64,000 nt of DNA, taken from the NCBI GenBank assembly GCA_964016885.1, contig OZ024740.1, forward strand, positions 214,892,001 to 214,956,000. The letters are read 5' to 3'. Below, piece by piece: positions 14,500 to 29,957 of this stretch (positions are counted from its first letter, which is position 1; each line of letters begins with the position of its first letter). The notes below the pieces were generated by a model. That model saw only the letters and a program-made list of their open reading frames with translations, was not told where the DNA came from and made no database searches. Both the position numbers and the translations under genes were made by a program. Origin of the DNA: Eledone cirrhosa (taxonomy: Eukaryota).

Positions 14500-15110
14500 G
14501 GCGTGTAAAATTCCCAAAATCCATGGACGAGTTCTCTCTGGCGGTCTGTCCTTCATCATTGCCACTATGCCCTGCATCTCCCAGAGACCAGTGTCTGTTC
14601 TTAGGGCATCAACATGTCATCCTCAGTCTCCCTCTTCTAGTGTGTCCATGTAGGAGCTCCCACAGGAACACTGAATACAGTATCAACTCTGAATGTTGGT
14701 GAGCATGTCCAGCTAACCTCAATCTCCTGTGTGTCACTTTCGAGCTGACTTATGGGAGGTTCCCATACAACTCTGAGTTCTTCATCCTCAGTATATACTG
14801 ATTAATGTTCAGAGCCATCCTCAGCATTCTCGCGTAGCACCTATCCACCATCTGAATGAGTCTTGGTCAGCGTCCAAGTCTTAGACCTGTACAGCAGTAC
14901 AGACTCCACTGTAGTGATGAAGAAATGGATCTTCAGGGATTTACGAAGGTCTGACTTCCACACCAACCTCAAACTGTGGCACGCTGCCCAGGTTTTCTTC
15001 TTCCTCTCCATCACATCGTCCCCTGCATTCTTAATCTTTGCTCCCAGATACAGTAAGTCCTCAACCAACTCTAGCAGCTTCCCACCTACATTCATAATCT
15101 TTTCTGGCTT
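14500..15110 (-). mobile_element. RTE-clade LINE 3' fragment
   Basis: ORF LELVEDLLYLG...WAACHSLRLVWKSDLRKSLKIHFFITTVESVLLY...TWTLTK, followed by CYARMLRMALNI- and RLRLAGH-like motifs. Confidence 0.85.
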
Positions 15111-15149
15111 CTTAATGTATATATATGTGTGTGCGTGTGTGTGTGTGTA

Positions 15150-15288
15150 TAAAGAATGTGCTCAAGTGCAGAGATGCTATAAAGATAGCTTAAAAGATGA
15201 AGGCAACTTCTTTTTCCGTCTTTTACGGGTCTTCTCCCTATTTTATAAGCTATCTTTATAACATTTCTACTCTTGAGTACATTCTTAC
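15150..15288. repeat. Imperfect inverted repeat (arms about 45 bp) between dinucleotide microsatellites
   Basis: AAGAATGTGCTCAAG..TATAAAGATAGCTTA is mirrored by TAAGCTATCTTTATA..CTTGAGTACATTCTT. Confidence 0.8.
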
Positions 15289-15624
15289 ATACATACATAC
15301 ATTACTCAACAGAGTACTCGATACATGGGGTAGTAGAGTATGGTTATATTATAAAGAGTCCGTCAGGGTCTTGACTCTTTATAATATATATATATTCTTG
15401 GCACTTAAAAGCTGAAAATTCAACTTTGTACATTGTTCAAGTATACATATATATATATATATTTCATGTCACTTATTGAAGACTAACATAATTTTATCTT
15501 AAAAAAACAAAACAAAGTATTGTGGAATTTAAATTTTAATGTCTATAGAAGGAAGACAACAACAACAAAAAAGTCACTGAGCAAGATTGGTAAAATCCTT
15601 GGAATAAAACAAGATCTAAAAACA

Positions 15625-15630
15625 TTTATT
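15625..15630 (-). promoter_or_regulatory. Candidate distal polyadenylation signal (AATAAA) for RELCH
   Basis: The minus-strand AATAAA is followed by U/GU-rich sequence (plus-strand ACAACAACAACAAAAA and AAAAAAACAAAACAAAG) at the edge of the SINE-poor block. Many other AATAAA hexamers lie closer to the stop codon. Confidence 0.25.
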
Positions 15631-16841
15631 TTATATACAAAATGTTTTTCATATCAACAAACACAGGCTTAATAAAGTGTAAAATGTATATGAAATGATG
15701 TTTTTTTCACATAAAGAACATCAAACATAGATCCAATAAAAGAAGTAGAAATTTAAGATGAAAAAAAACCCAGAGCAAACACAGTTATCTAGATGGTAGC
15801 TGTGTGTTAGTTACAGATAATAGAATTTCCATTTTAATAAATAAGTTTAAAAAATGAGAATGACTATTTCTACAGTTTAGAAGAGAATTCTTTTCTCATT
15901 CATGCTACATATTAAAGAGTAACATTGAGGAGAAACTATTAAGGTCATATTCAGAGATGTCTTTCATGACAGAAATTTAAAACAAAAAAGAAAAAAGACA
16001 ATTGATATCTGTTTTTTAAGAAGAGTTGATGTCATAAGCTGAAATTGTTGCCCTTACAAGTGAGGCCTGTTGGTGAGAGATGGCTTCCATTACATGATGA
16101 AAGCACACCAATTAATTCGTTGTCCCTACAATGAGGCCTTGAAGTAAGAGATAACATATTATAATTTTGGGGACTATAGCCATTAATTCGTTGTCCCTAT
16201 TGATATGCTTATGAATGTTATCACTTATTTAATTCCAAATGAATTTTGATATATATCAATTTTGTAAATTTTCTTCATGATTCATTTCATCTATATTTAT
16301 GTATTAGCTACTTAAACCATGGTAAGACTGTCCTTGCAAAATGAATGGCAAGACAGGGCTTTGGTTTTAGAATATTCATTCAGAAATTGCCATATTTCAG
16401 AGAATAAATCTTTATATTTTAATATGTTCTTCAGTTTAAACCAATGATATCACCTAGAGGAAGATTTTCGTTACTTCTTCACTCTTACAATATCCCTCTG
16501 CAGATCTTTAAAATAGATTTAAAAAAATAAAATTAGAAAAGTATCTAATTTAAACTATTCTTTTGTCTTTCCATTTTTTTAATATTTTATGAGAAAAGAA
16601 AGAACTGGTTTGTTAAGATGAAATCTTTATTGAAATATCACACTAGAAGCTGTGCACACAAACTTTAGAATGGAACGTTTTATAAGCAATCAAAGATACA
16701 GTTATGTAAAGAAACCCCAATGATACAAATAAGTCAAAGTTAAGAATTACCAAAACAAGCTGCTACCACAGACACAGTTGGTAGAAGCACACTTTGAGGC
16801 CAATGTGTACATGCACGTTTTCATAAATAATTGTATTAGTG

Positions 16842-16885
<44 letters not shown>

Positions 16886-18867
16886 CATACATGAATACAT
16901 ACATATACACAAGCATTTATATACACATACATTTGTATACACAGAGCCATCTTTATTATTTTCATTATTATTATTGTTACATATAATAGGACGATATGTT
17001 TTCAAGAAAAAAGCAGTTTCATTGCATTTGAAATATAATACATACACAAATCCTATTTTCCAGTGTGTGACTCATTCTATATACATGTAAAGAAACAAAA
17101 GGGAAAAGTGTGCAAGGGCTGGATTATGTTTAATGCTCCTCAAATTAAAATATACATTAGCCACAAGATATAAATTATATGAATTTATACTTCTGATAAT
17201 TTAACCCTGATTTAATCAATTAAAACCACATGTTTTACACTGAATAATATAAAAAAGATATTGTTGTTGTTTATTTTTTCTCCCCCTTCACCCCAAGAAA
17301 TCAACATTAGTCAGTAATTAATTAACTATTAAGAACATCGAATATTTTGACAGGTTTTATTTTGTTGTTGAGTACCATAAGTTTACTGTCTGCTAGAAGA
17401 AACCTATGGTAGAGTCTTTGACAGTTTTATTAGATGGCAACTAAACTTGAAAAATAAATTTGTAAAATATTAATTGATATAATCAAACTATTAGATATAC
17501 AGCAAATCTATTTTGTTACTTAACAGTAAAATACACTTTGGAACTTTTATATAGATTATGCTTTATTATGAGAGGTAATTTTAGTTGTTTTTTTAATAAA
17601 CATAATCACTTTATCTTAAATAATCATAATAGTATTTCCATTTTTTTAACAAAATCTCTCTAATAATAATAATAATAATAATAATAATTAGCACCAAGGA
17701 CAAACAATTGTTGGAGGTTTTTTTATCGTATTAAAAATAACATAATATAATAAGCATGTTTAGTTGTTTTTTTTCTCTTCTCTTAAATATACATAGTAAT
17801 GGAGTTAATGTCAGTAATAAATTTAATATTACATAGTTTTGAGATTACAAATGACATGGAGTTGAAAATATATCATTACTCAATTAATATTATACTTGTG
17901 CCTAAATAAATATTTTAATTAACATAAACAATTGAAATTTTAACGAAGAAAATATGATTAAAATTAAAATATGATTTAGCAAATTTGTATGTATTACACA
18001 AAATAAAAATTAGTAAAATGTATTCACTAATAAATCTACAATTAAATTGCTGGTTATTAGCTAAAAACAATTATAATTTATGTAATTAGCAAACATTTTA
18101 GAAAATATTTAGTGACTTATATGAGTTGAGTAAACATTTAATTTCAAGAGTGATTGCTAAAAGATAGATGAGAAAAATGATATGTTTGATTGAAAGACAC
18201 TTGCAAATAAGAAAATTAACTAGCGTCATTAAATAGTAATAAATTATAACACCGTCTGTCTGAGGAACACATTGGAGAAATATAAATATTCCAATAAGTT
18301 TATTGGATAAAAAAAAACATTTTTTTTTTAAATATTCAGCAGTAATGTCTGGATAACCATCAGAGATGCAGAGACCACCAGGCCCCAAACCAAGCCCCAC
18401 AAAAAATTACAGCCCTTCAGTCAAATGAAAATATAGGGAAGGAATAATTAGCAAAAGGGATACATTGCACAACAGTGTCATTAAAACATTTTTGGTGGGT
18501 AAAAGTCATTTGTATAATTCTTCTTTTCAATAAGCTGATTGTATTTATTGTTTTCAACAGAAATACCAATACACAAATATTATTTCTGAAAAATATCTCA
18601 AAGACAGAATAATAAAAGTGCAGCACAACCAAAGCTTTCTGTTTAAACATTAGTGACTATCGGTAAAAAAAATATACAATGCAGCTATATTGTCAGATGA
18701 TGTCAGTTGCCTCCAACTGTTCAATTATTTGTTGAAAACTCCAGCCATATCAACACATCTTTTATAAATATTTAATCACATTCCATTATATATTCCAGTT
18801 GAAATCTATATCAATCAACTGTTATAAATCAAAATATTCAGTTTTCAATAGGGATCTTTGGAAACAA

Positions 18868-18941
<74 letters not shown>

Positions 18942-19072
18942 TTATCCATGAAACTATATAAGAAATATTCATCATACAAATATTCATCATTAATTTTGTT
19001 TTTTGTAAATGTGGTAAAATGACAATGTTGATGGATATATATATATTTTATACATATATGTATTATATATAT

Positions 19073-19115
<43 letters not shown>

Positions 19116-19574
19116 TATATATATATTATATATATTATATATATTATATATATATGTATTTTATATATATATATATATATATATGCATATATGGCATTGA
19201 CAACAGAAACCAGGGGCTACGATACTGATGTGTTAAGGGTAAGATTTAGGGGAGGGTAAAGCAGTGGTCAATCCGGATACTGCTTTAAGTGGCTTATTTC
19301 ACAGACTGAGGGGTGCAAGGCACATTATGCAGCTCCCATTAATCAGAGAGTAGGGTTTCTGCTCCTATATGATGATTCCTCACCAAAATAAAGTTAGTCC
19401 TTAAGCTAACTGTATTCCTCGGCAGCTGGTGATAATTTTTTGCGGCAGAAACTAAGCAACAGACATCAAGAAACAGAGAGACAATGTCAAGACAACTATT
19501 TAAAGATATATATATATATTTCATCTCCAAGTAACAGACATCACCTTTTAGAGGATATATACATGACAAAACAT

Positions 19575-19612
<38 letters not shown>

Positions 19613-19934
19613 TGTGTATGTATATACAAACGCACACACACTATATATATATACACACACACACACTTGGTTACAGATTAATACAATCCTGATTCTCTTT
19701 GAATTGGGTCACATACTAAGACAGATTAATTCTGTAAATATAACCAAATAAAAAATATACTGCACTATGCACACTTAAGTAACTTAAGTACTGATTAATT
19801 TGTGTTATATCTGTAAGACTTGTTCTCCTGAACAAAAATACAGGAATATATATATATATAGCAGACAAATTCTCCATTGCTATGAAATACATTTTTTACA
19901 AATCTAAGTTTAATAGTAAATATATATATATAGC

Positions 19935-19965
<31 letters not shown>

Positions 19966-20461
19966 GGGGGGGGGGGCTAGTTAGATATAAATTTCATCTT
20001 TAAATTCTACATTTCATATTAGGATATGATTTTAGTCCAGAACTGTCTGAAGTAAATGAATGATAGAAGAACTCAGCATAGAAATCTATCTCTGGCAAAT
20101 GTTAAACGGTTATCTGCTGCCACTACCATGAATTAATATCACAAACATAGTTTAACAGTCACAATATTTAGTGTTTGTTTTAGAATTAGGCACAAGAAAA
20201 AGGTAAAAAAAAAAAAAAATAATAATGATAAATTTAAAAAAAAAATTTTTTTTTTTTCAGGATTTTTTACTTTGCAAATCGATATCAAAAAATTATTTCT
20301 CATATGATTGTGTATGTGTGTTTTTGTGTGTATATATATGTATGTCAGTATGTATGTGTGTGTATATATATAACTATGTATATATATATTGTACCTTTTG
20401 ATGATAAATTAAATTAAGAAAGAGAAACAATATTTTTTTGGCACACAGTAGAATAATATTT

Positions 20462-21320
20462 GAAAAGGGAGAGAGAGATAGAGAGAGATCTGACAGATGA
20501 AAAGGAAGAGAGAGAGAGATCTGGCAGATGGAAAGGAAGAGAGAGATAGAGATAGATCTGGCAGATGAAAAGGGAGAGAGAGAGAGATCTGGCAGATGGA
20601 AAGGAAGAGAGGGATAAAGAGAGATCTGGCAGATGAAAAGGGAGAGAGGGAGATCTGGCAGATGAAAAGGGAGAGAGAGAGATCTGGCAGATGGAAAAGA
20701 AGAGAGGGATAGAGAGAGATCTGGCAGATGAAAAGGGAGAGAGAGAGAGATCTGGCAGATGAAAAGGGAGAGAGAGAGATCTGGCAGATGGAAAGGAAGA
20801 GAGGGATAGAGAGAGATCTGGCAGATGAAAAGGGAGAGAGAGAGATCTGGCAGATGGAAAGGAAGAGAGAGATAGAGAGAGATCTGGCAGATGAAAAGGG
20901 TGAGAGAGAGATCTGGCAGATGAAAAGGGATAGAGAGAGATCTGGCAGATGGAAAGGAAGAGAGAGATAGAGAGAGATCTGGCAGATGAAAAGGGAGAGA
21001 GAGAGGTCTGGCAGATGAAAAGGGAGAGAGAGAGGTCTGGCAGATGAAAAGGGAGGGAGAGAGAGAGATCTGGCAGATGGAAAGGAAGAGAGGGATAGAG
21101 AGAGATCTGGCAGATGAAAAGGGAGAGAGAGAGATCTGGCAGATGGAAAGGAAGAGAGGGATAGAGAGAGATCTGGCAGATGAAAAGGGAGAGAGAGAGA
21201 GATCTGGCAGATGGAAAGGAAGAGAGGGATAGAGAGATCTGGAAGATGAAAAGGGAGAGAAATCTGGCAGATGGAAAGGAAGAGAGTGATAGAGAGAGAG
21301 ATCTGGCAGATGAAAAGAAA
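20462..21320. repeat. Purine-rich minisatellite with an AGATCTGGCAGATG core and variable (GA)n spacers
   Basis: About 25 cores with alternating units of about 31 and 41 bp. Confidence 0.95.
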
Positions 21321-22339
21321 AATACACACACACACATAGTATATCCGTATGCGGTTGACGGCTGAGAGAAAAAAAGTACTCAATAGCAGAGTAGTGTTTT
21401 AATATTCATTTTACTAAGGCGAAACTCCAGAGAAACAAGACTCACTATTTAGCCTTAATAAAATTAATATATATATTATATAATATATATATGTGTGTAT
21501 GTATGTATACACACACACACAGACTGTCACATATATTAAATAAGAAATAAACCACGTTGAAACTCTGAAAACTAATGTAAAAATAATCTCATTCAATTTA
21601 ATAATAAACAAATAGATAATATAGAATTACATCTGAAATAAAAACTAGTTGAAAAAATATCATTACCAAATATTATTATTATTAATATGTTTAGTAATAG
21701 TAAATAATATTGTTATAAGTGATACATCAGCAGCAGCATTGGTTCAGTCTAAAAGAACGAGAGTTGAATAGACATTTTATCTCAGAAATATATTCTGAAA
21801 TATCTTAATATTCAGCTGAATTTTTGTTTGTTGTGTTATTTTTTGTTAAATATATTTTTTAATATTTTAGTTTTTTGTTTAATATTTTTTAATTAGTCAA
21901 GGGAAGGAGGGTCAGTCCTTTACTTTCATTATATTTATATATATATATATATTATGTTTTTCAATTTTCGAACTCATGGACCAGATGGAGGTGGAAATGA
22001 ATGTATAAGGATAGGTGGAGGTGGAGATTAGTGCACGGTTGATGTTTAATTTTAATTGTTGTAGGTTGGCAATTAAATGGAAAACATATTTTCAGGAAGG
22101 CAAATTGCAGAGCAGATAGAGTTCTTTGGATGGAGAGAAAGGATTGTAGATAAAATGTGGTTTAAAGATGAGGTTTTGTTATCTTTTTGTGGGCTTGAGT
22201 TACAGTAATATTGATGGAAGGAAGCAGAAGTACATGATGAGCTCTCCAATCAACCACATATACAACAAAATAGAATACAAAGATATTGACAAAAAATAAA
22301 TTTCAATTTATCTGTCATTGAGCATGTATAGAGAATAGA

Positions 22340-23025
22340 TGTCTGTGTAAGTGTATGGATGTTTCTATGTGTAAGTGTATGGATGTTTCTGTGTATGTAA
22401 GTTTATGTTGTGTATGGGTGTCTCTATGTGTGTAAGTGTATGTTGTGTAGGGATATTAGAGTACATTAAGTGTATCACTGTTGGTGTAAGTATATTTGTG
22501 TCAGTGTGTGTACTATATGGAGACCACAATATGCTAAGTGTATGAGTGTTAGTGTATATAGTGTATTTAAGTGTATCACTGTTGGTGTATGTAAGTGTAT
22601 TGGTGTCAGTGTGTGTACTATATGGAGGCCAGAATATGTAAAGTGCATGACTGTTGGTGTCAGTGTATATAGTGTACGGATGTAAGTGTGAGCGTCAGTA
22701 AGTGTAGTATAGATGTCAGTATAGTATGTGAGTGTCAGTGTATATCAGTGTATGGGTGTCAGCATATGTAAGTGTACTGGTATCAGTGTATGTAAGGGTG
22801 TGAGTAACAGTGTAAGTGTTTGACTGTCAGTGTATAATAGCATATGAATGTGTTTTAATGTCAATATAAGTAGATTTATTGGGTGCCAGTGTATGTAAGT
22901 GTATGGATGTCAATGTATATACAACATATGGTTGTCAGGGTAAGTGTAGTGTATTGCTGTCCATGCAAGTGTAGTGTATGTGTGTCAGTGTATGCAATGT
23001 ACAAATGTCAATCTATGTAGTGTAT
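22340..23025. repeat. Old degenerate TG-rich tandem repeat
   Basis: Recurrent GTGTCAGTGTAT and GTAAGTGTA motifs. Confidence 0.75.
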
Positions 23026-23200
23026 ACTTCACAATAATTAACAACATGATCTGGGGGTTAACACATATACAAGACAAACTAAAGAAGCCCTATTTGAATC
23101 ATTAATGACAACAATATACTCTTTTCAGTATGCATCATGTATGTCACCATGTCACCATGTGTGTATGTGTTTCTATTTGTATATCTTTCCCTCTCTCTCT

Positions 23201-23252
<52 letters not shown>

Positions 23253-26200
23253 TCACACACATATAATCACACACTCACACACATATATCCTTAAACCTTT
23301 AACCTAAAATGAAGCCATTTTCATCATTTGTCGGGTTTTTGTTTCATTTTGTTTTTGTTTAATTGTTCACTATTTTACTACGAGTTTATCAGAGTTGAAT
23401 TATTATATATTTTCAAATTATCAAGACTGAAATAGTTCAAGGACACCCAAATAAAAAAAAATAAAATAAAAAAATAAGCGTGCCCCAGCATAGCCTCAGC
23501 CTTTCAGCTGGAACACATATTAGTAATAGAATAAAGGGGACGAGATTCTGTTTGATTTGAAGAAAGCAACAGCAGTATCTATAACGTTTGCAAAATATTA
23601 AATATTATTTACTACTAATGGATGCATTTGTTCATATTCTCCAGTTTTTTTTATTAAGTAATATAACTGCAAAAAAGCATAAGAATTAACTCAATGTTTT
23701 TAAAATCTAGAGAATTAAAAAAAATTGAACAAGTTGATTAATTGTGCTATGAGTAACAAAGAAACTTATTTTCTGTATATCACAATTTATCATTATTTTA
23801 AGAACATTTGCTATGAAAACATAATATTCAAAAGAATAAAATGAAATTATATATTGTATACCAAAGCAAAAAATTGCTATATATCCTATCAGATGTTAGT
23901 AAGCATAAAGAAAATTAATATTTTTCTCTGATTATTTAATCAAACATATTTTGATGATAATTATAACTAGCTGTAGTACTAACTCAGTGTGATTCGGAGT
24001 AGAGGCATATATGGAAACATACATATGTTTATGTATAATAAACACTGCATTCTCACATGATAACATGGTAGCTAAGATAGCTGTTATATGATCACAGCTT
24101 AAAATACTTAGTATGGTTAACTATGTTTATCATACAGAAACCATATTGTATATGTTTCAATAAATGCCTCTAATAATTCTAACATTATAATGCTAGAAAT
24201 TTTTTTATCTACTGGAAATATTTATGGCAATTTCATGCTTTTTTGTTTTTCATAGATATGAATTTCAGATAGGAAGAATTTAATTCAGAGATCATTTAAC
24301 AAACTTAATTAAGGCAAATCACATCCAAATAGGACAGTGATATTATACAAGTTATTTGGATATTTAATTTCATTTAGAAATCAATTTTTGATTTGATATT
24401 ACACAAGGGTGAATTAAGTTCTTTTGAAGTTTTAAAAGTCGATTGAAAATCTCTAACAGAATTCCTTGCAAATATGCCATCAAATAGAAAAGTCTTAGAG
24501 TTCATTCTCAGTCAAAATAAACCTGCCTTTTATTTAGAAATAAGAACATGAAAGAGGCAATATATAATTAATTCCCACTTTAGGAAATACTTAGCAGTAC
24601 ATGTACTAAAACTGGTAAACACATATTAAATATTTAGAAAAAGTTTGTACTAAAGAATAGTTTCTTTCTTCAATCAGTTCAATCAGAAGTATAGCTAACT
24701 AGAGCTGAATTTTATTAGCCTCAATTTTTGTAAATTAGATTTCCTACATGCATTTCTTTTATATTATTATTTTCATTGGTAAATTATGTCCTTTCCCTAA
24801 AATATTTCTAAAATTATTGGCAATTTAATTTAATTTAAATTCCCAATTTATTTACTGTAAATCAAACCAAATTTAAATATGAAGACACAATATGTTGTAT
24901 GCAAAGGTATTATAAATCTTCCAGTAAAAAATTTAGTATCAAATATATTAGCAAACTTTAAAAAAAAAGCAGTATCTAGAGAACAGTGTACTTCTACAAA
25001 AAACGGTTAGGTACCACAAAAGCAGTATCTAAGGAATAGTGTACTTCTACAAAAACAGTTAGGTACCACAAAATTAAGCAGACAACCAGAAGAGTAAAAG
25101 ACATATCTAACCTAAAGTACACCCGTAGAATATAGAAAAAGTTTTCGCTGTAAACTATGTAGTTGACTAAATGATATTACAAGATTTTGCTTGCTAGCTT
25201 TAATATAGTATAGATAGTATAAAACTTTTAAGCAGTCTGAGATAAAAATCAATAACAAGGCATAAGCTGGAATTATCAAAAAGGTAAATATTAGATGTTC
25301 CAATAGAAAATGTTAATAACCTTTAGACTATCTCATGCAAAATTTGCTTGAAGAATTTTTTAGCCTACTACCATAGAAAAATGGAAATTCCAAAATAAAT
25401 AAACATGAACAATATCAATGAAAGCACACAATCACAATACTGTTGATATATAAATCCAAGGAAATAATCAGAGGAAATTCAGATGTTAAAAAAAAAATAG
25501 GAAGAAAAATGTCTGTGTTTGTTCCTCCTGGAAAAATCCATTATGAAATGGCTTCAAATAAACCTAATGTTATTCAGTGTGACATTTGTCTCAAAGACAT
25601 TGGAAACTGGTTCTTTTATATTTTGTTTAAAAATAACAACTTTGATATTTAAAAATATGTAATGTTAATTCTACATCATATTGAATTTGTTACAAGAATA
25701 GCACTTCTATAAGTAATTTCATTATAGAGGGGCTGTTTTTGATATTTTAGGTTTTGTTATAAGAATCTATAAAGAAACATGTTTACTTATGAAAACTGTT
25801 CTTCTTTTAATTGATATAAGTTTGTCCATTGTTGTATATGTTATATAATTTATTTTTACTGAAATTAGATTCACTATAATTTTGTTTGTATAATTTGCTA
25901 TATGATGTTTGGAAGTAGTTTTATCATTAACTAAAATTATCAAATAATAATAAAAAATAATTTGTCTGGAAGTGAAAGATTGAAAACAATTTGTCTTATT
26001 CAGAGTTAGGTGATAGTTGCAACACATTGAATGAAGAATTAGAGAAGAGTTTGGTATCATATAGTAGGATAAACTCATACTGGAACAGATAAGAACATAG
26101 TTTTGTAATCTTAAACAGTTCCTTCACATTGAAAACTAGAATAGGAAACTAGTTTGTGTCTTTCATGTTTTTGTTTGCTTTTTTTGTTTCTTTACCTTTA

Positions 26201-29200
26201 ACTGGAATAGAATTTACTTTTAGCTATTCAATATAAAATAATTTGTTCAGGTAAAACTCTGTCTCTGTTTTTATTAATTTTGCTAAAATTAATAAGAAAC
26301 AATTTTACAATTTTCTCTGTAAGTGAAATTCTTTTTTTCTCTCTTAAAGAAATTTTACCGAAAGTACAATTAGTTTCCTTCTTTTTTGCTTTTTTTGTCT
26401 GAAACTCAATAATGAGAGTCATTTTATCATTGATTTCTCTCAAGTAGAATATATTCCTGTCACTATTCACTTTAGAGTTTCTTACTTTCAAACAATATTA
26501 AATTACTGATATTTTATATTGGCATAAACCATAGATGTCTAAATGGTGTATATTACTGATGATTATTATATCAACCCCCTTGCCCTTAAAGCATTATTTA
26601 AACTCAGACTGTAAAGGGATGTAACTAAATATCACATTGTATTTAGTCAGGTGCTCTACTAATTCTATCACAGACTCCCATAAATAAAATGTATGATATT
26701 GCCATTATATCTGAAGTAAAATACCATTTTTTCCCTTTTCCTACTATAACATCAGTAGAGCTTCTATTGGACATTGCAATAATTTCAAACGATACCAACT
26801 TTTTCATATAAGAAAAAGTTATCAAATAATATAATGAAATAAATTAAAACTTATATTTGACTTTAGCTGAAACTTTAATATTTTGGGGTTTTATTTTTTG
26901 TTTTGCTATCTTTTTTTTTTTTTTTTTTTTTTTTTTATCTTAGACAGATGCTAAGAAACATTTTCACAAAATCAGTTAAAAATCTTTGGGTGTTCACTTA
27001 GAAAATATTTTGTGGAAATTATTTAGGGTATATTTGGTAATTTCTTCAAAAGAAGTCATTTTAGTTAGTCTTTATTATTTATAATGAACTCTAGGTAAGA
27101 ATATTTTTTTTGTTTTTTCATGTTACAAATTACTACATTGTAAAAATGTTGTTTCACCTAATAAGCTAAACTAATCATCTAGTTTTATCCAATTACCCTT
27201 TCCAATATATACCAATATATCATATTTTCTGCGAGTTTCCTTATTGTATAAGAAACATGAGGCAGCTTGTTTTAATTTATCAAATTGAATCTTCTCTTAA
27301 TATTTTTTTAATTAAATTTATACATTGAATAATTTAGGTTTAAATGTGATTTAATTCCGTTTTATATTTCAGAAGAAGTATGGAAAGAAGAAGAATGGAA
27401 AAATAGATTGGGAAGAAAAACTATATGGATCAAGTTTCGTTTTCTTTTATGTTTGGAAAATGGGGCGGGTTAAAAATTAAAAAGATTTGTTTTGTTTTGT
27501 TTATTTTTTTTGCAGTAATTTTCAATATTTTTATTATAGAATGATAGTTTTAAAAAGAAGTCAGAAATCTTATTTTATCAAATTACTAAATTTTCTTATT
27601 GAAACATCTAAAAGAAGAAAAAATGTCTCTATCTAAGTGCGGCTTGTGTGTTTTTTTTTTTAAACTTCTAATGGGAATCGATACTTTTAAAAAGATGTGT
27701 ACTAAAAAACCAAATATTATTTTCTGAGATTTGTCAGGCATGCATACACACACACAAACATACACAAACACACACAACTAAATAATGATTTTAAAAAAAA
27801 AATTAAATTTTTATTTCTTTAGTCACAAGTCTTAGGATGTTTTGTTCATATCATTTATATAAAAACAGACAAGTGCATGTGATTGTATACAGCATGTTAA
27901 TGCATGCGTTTGTGTGCATGTCTGTGCATGTGTGAGTGTGTATTTGTGCATGTGCGAGTGTGTGTGTGTGTGTGCATGTGTATATATGTATCTGTGCATG
28001 TGTATATATGTGTTTGTGCATGTGTGTGTGTCTCTGTATGTGTGTCTGTGCCTGTGTGTGTCTGTGCATGTGTGTATGCAATGATTTAAACTCCCATTCT
28101 AGAGTCTATATATTTTATATATTTGCTTTCTTCAGACATTTTCATTCAAATCAAAAATATCTATATGAAGGGAATGACAACCATCATCTTGTATTATTCC
28201 TCATCTACAGAGCTAGGACTCTTTATAAATAGAAATATAATATCCGGAAGTTTGACAGGATAATTAAGCAAGGCATTACATGCAGGCACTTATTTATTAT
28301 CTATTCTGAGTTCAAGAGATTCAATAGAAAAAAACCTAATACAAAATAGCTGTGGTCTAAATAGTATACAATGAATCACCTGGAGAGAAATGGGCTCAGT
28401 CTAGTTGTGAAACCCATAAAAAATATCCACCCCAGCAGAAAATGTAATAACCATCTAAGAAGATTAAGAAACAAATCAACAAAAAAAGAAAAAAAGAAAG
28501 TTCTGTAGTTCTATATTGTAATTCTGTGTTGATTCTATATTTAATAGTCTTGCAGAGAAGTTGAAGGCTGCTGTATGCATCATTAAAACCAGCTGTAAAT
28601 GGTTAATGTTTATGCTCTTTCACAAAATGTTCTGATATCTGTGTAAATTAAGGCTTAAAATCTTAACTAATGAGCTGAAGAGAAAGAAAAGAAGAAATGA
28701 AGAGAAAGAAGGAAGAGAAAGTATAATGTCCACAGTCAGTAGAAGAAATCAATAATGGCAGATAGAATGTTCCTATTAAACGCACCAACCATTTAAGTTT
28801 TAAGAGAAGTGTTTCAATGTATTATGTCAACATTGATTGCAGAAAGGAATGTTTGTATTGATAGGGATAAAAATAAAAACTAGCAACAATAAACTCCATC
28901 TTTGAATGTCAGCTGTCAATATTTTAGAGAATGATCACATAGAAGGGAGAGGAACAGGGCAGATATTTCATATTGTGAATGTTCACATTACAAGTCCCTG
29001 TTATTAAAAAAAATACCTAACAAAATGTAAAAATTATAAAGAACTGAAGAATAAAAAATGAATTAATGTTTTATTTTTTTATTATTTATTTTTTAACTTT
29101 CAAATAATTATTTCTTTCTAACTAGGCACAATGCCAGTTTTTGTAAAGGGAAGGTATAATCAATAGATCAACCCACATGTTCAGAATATATTACTGGTAT

Positions 29201-29957
29201 TTGTTTTATCGAACCCTGGAGAAATGAAAGGCAATGTCAACTCAAGCAGGATTTGAAATTGAAAAACAGGAAGAAAACTACACTCTCGAAGGCTCTACTA
29301 TATCTACCAAATCCTGCCCTTTTTAAAGTTTAAATATTGAAACCAGTCAATAGCATAGATCTAACAAAATAGTTTAGAATTGTGTTTAAAATATCAACTT
29401 ATATTTAAATTTCATTAAATTGATGTTATCCAAATTAGAAGTAAAATACTGATAATAGACAGGAAATAAGAGTATATAAGTAGGAATTTGGGACTGTAAA
29501 GCAAGGATTAGCAGCAGATTAAGTCACAGTTTAGCTATGTTATATAGAACCCATCGATGTAAAATGACAAATGGAAACAGACACAAGAGTACACAGTACA
29601 ATTAAAAGATACAACCATTTTTCAGAAGAATAGTATTAAAAAAGTTGGTTTGTGCAAAACTTCCACTGCTACAAATACTAATTAAAAAAACATAGGGAAG
29701 ACAAGATTGGAAAATTATAGTAAATTAAAAAATTTTAAATCATAGAAAGTGTAAAAAAATCTAATGTTTTTCTTTCTTTTTTTTTCTTTTTTTGCAGAAA
29801 TGTATTCTAAAGACACTTAATGGTAATATTCCAAACCTAAATAAGGATCTATAAAATTTAATTTGGTTTCAGTTTCCTAAAGCAGATGTGATTAAAATAA
29901 AACATTAGATATAAAAATGAAACCTTCAAACTGAGACATGTCTGAATTAAGAACTCT

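Noticed and set aside
20374-21383. CRISPR-like repeat/spacer pattern and 300-aa ORFs
   Set aside because: The spacers are just (GA)n variants in a eukaryotic context.
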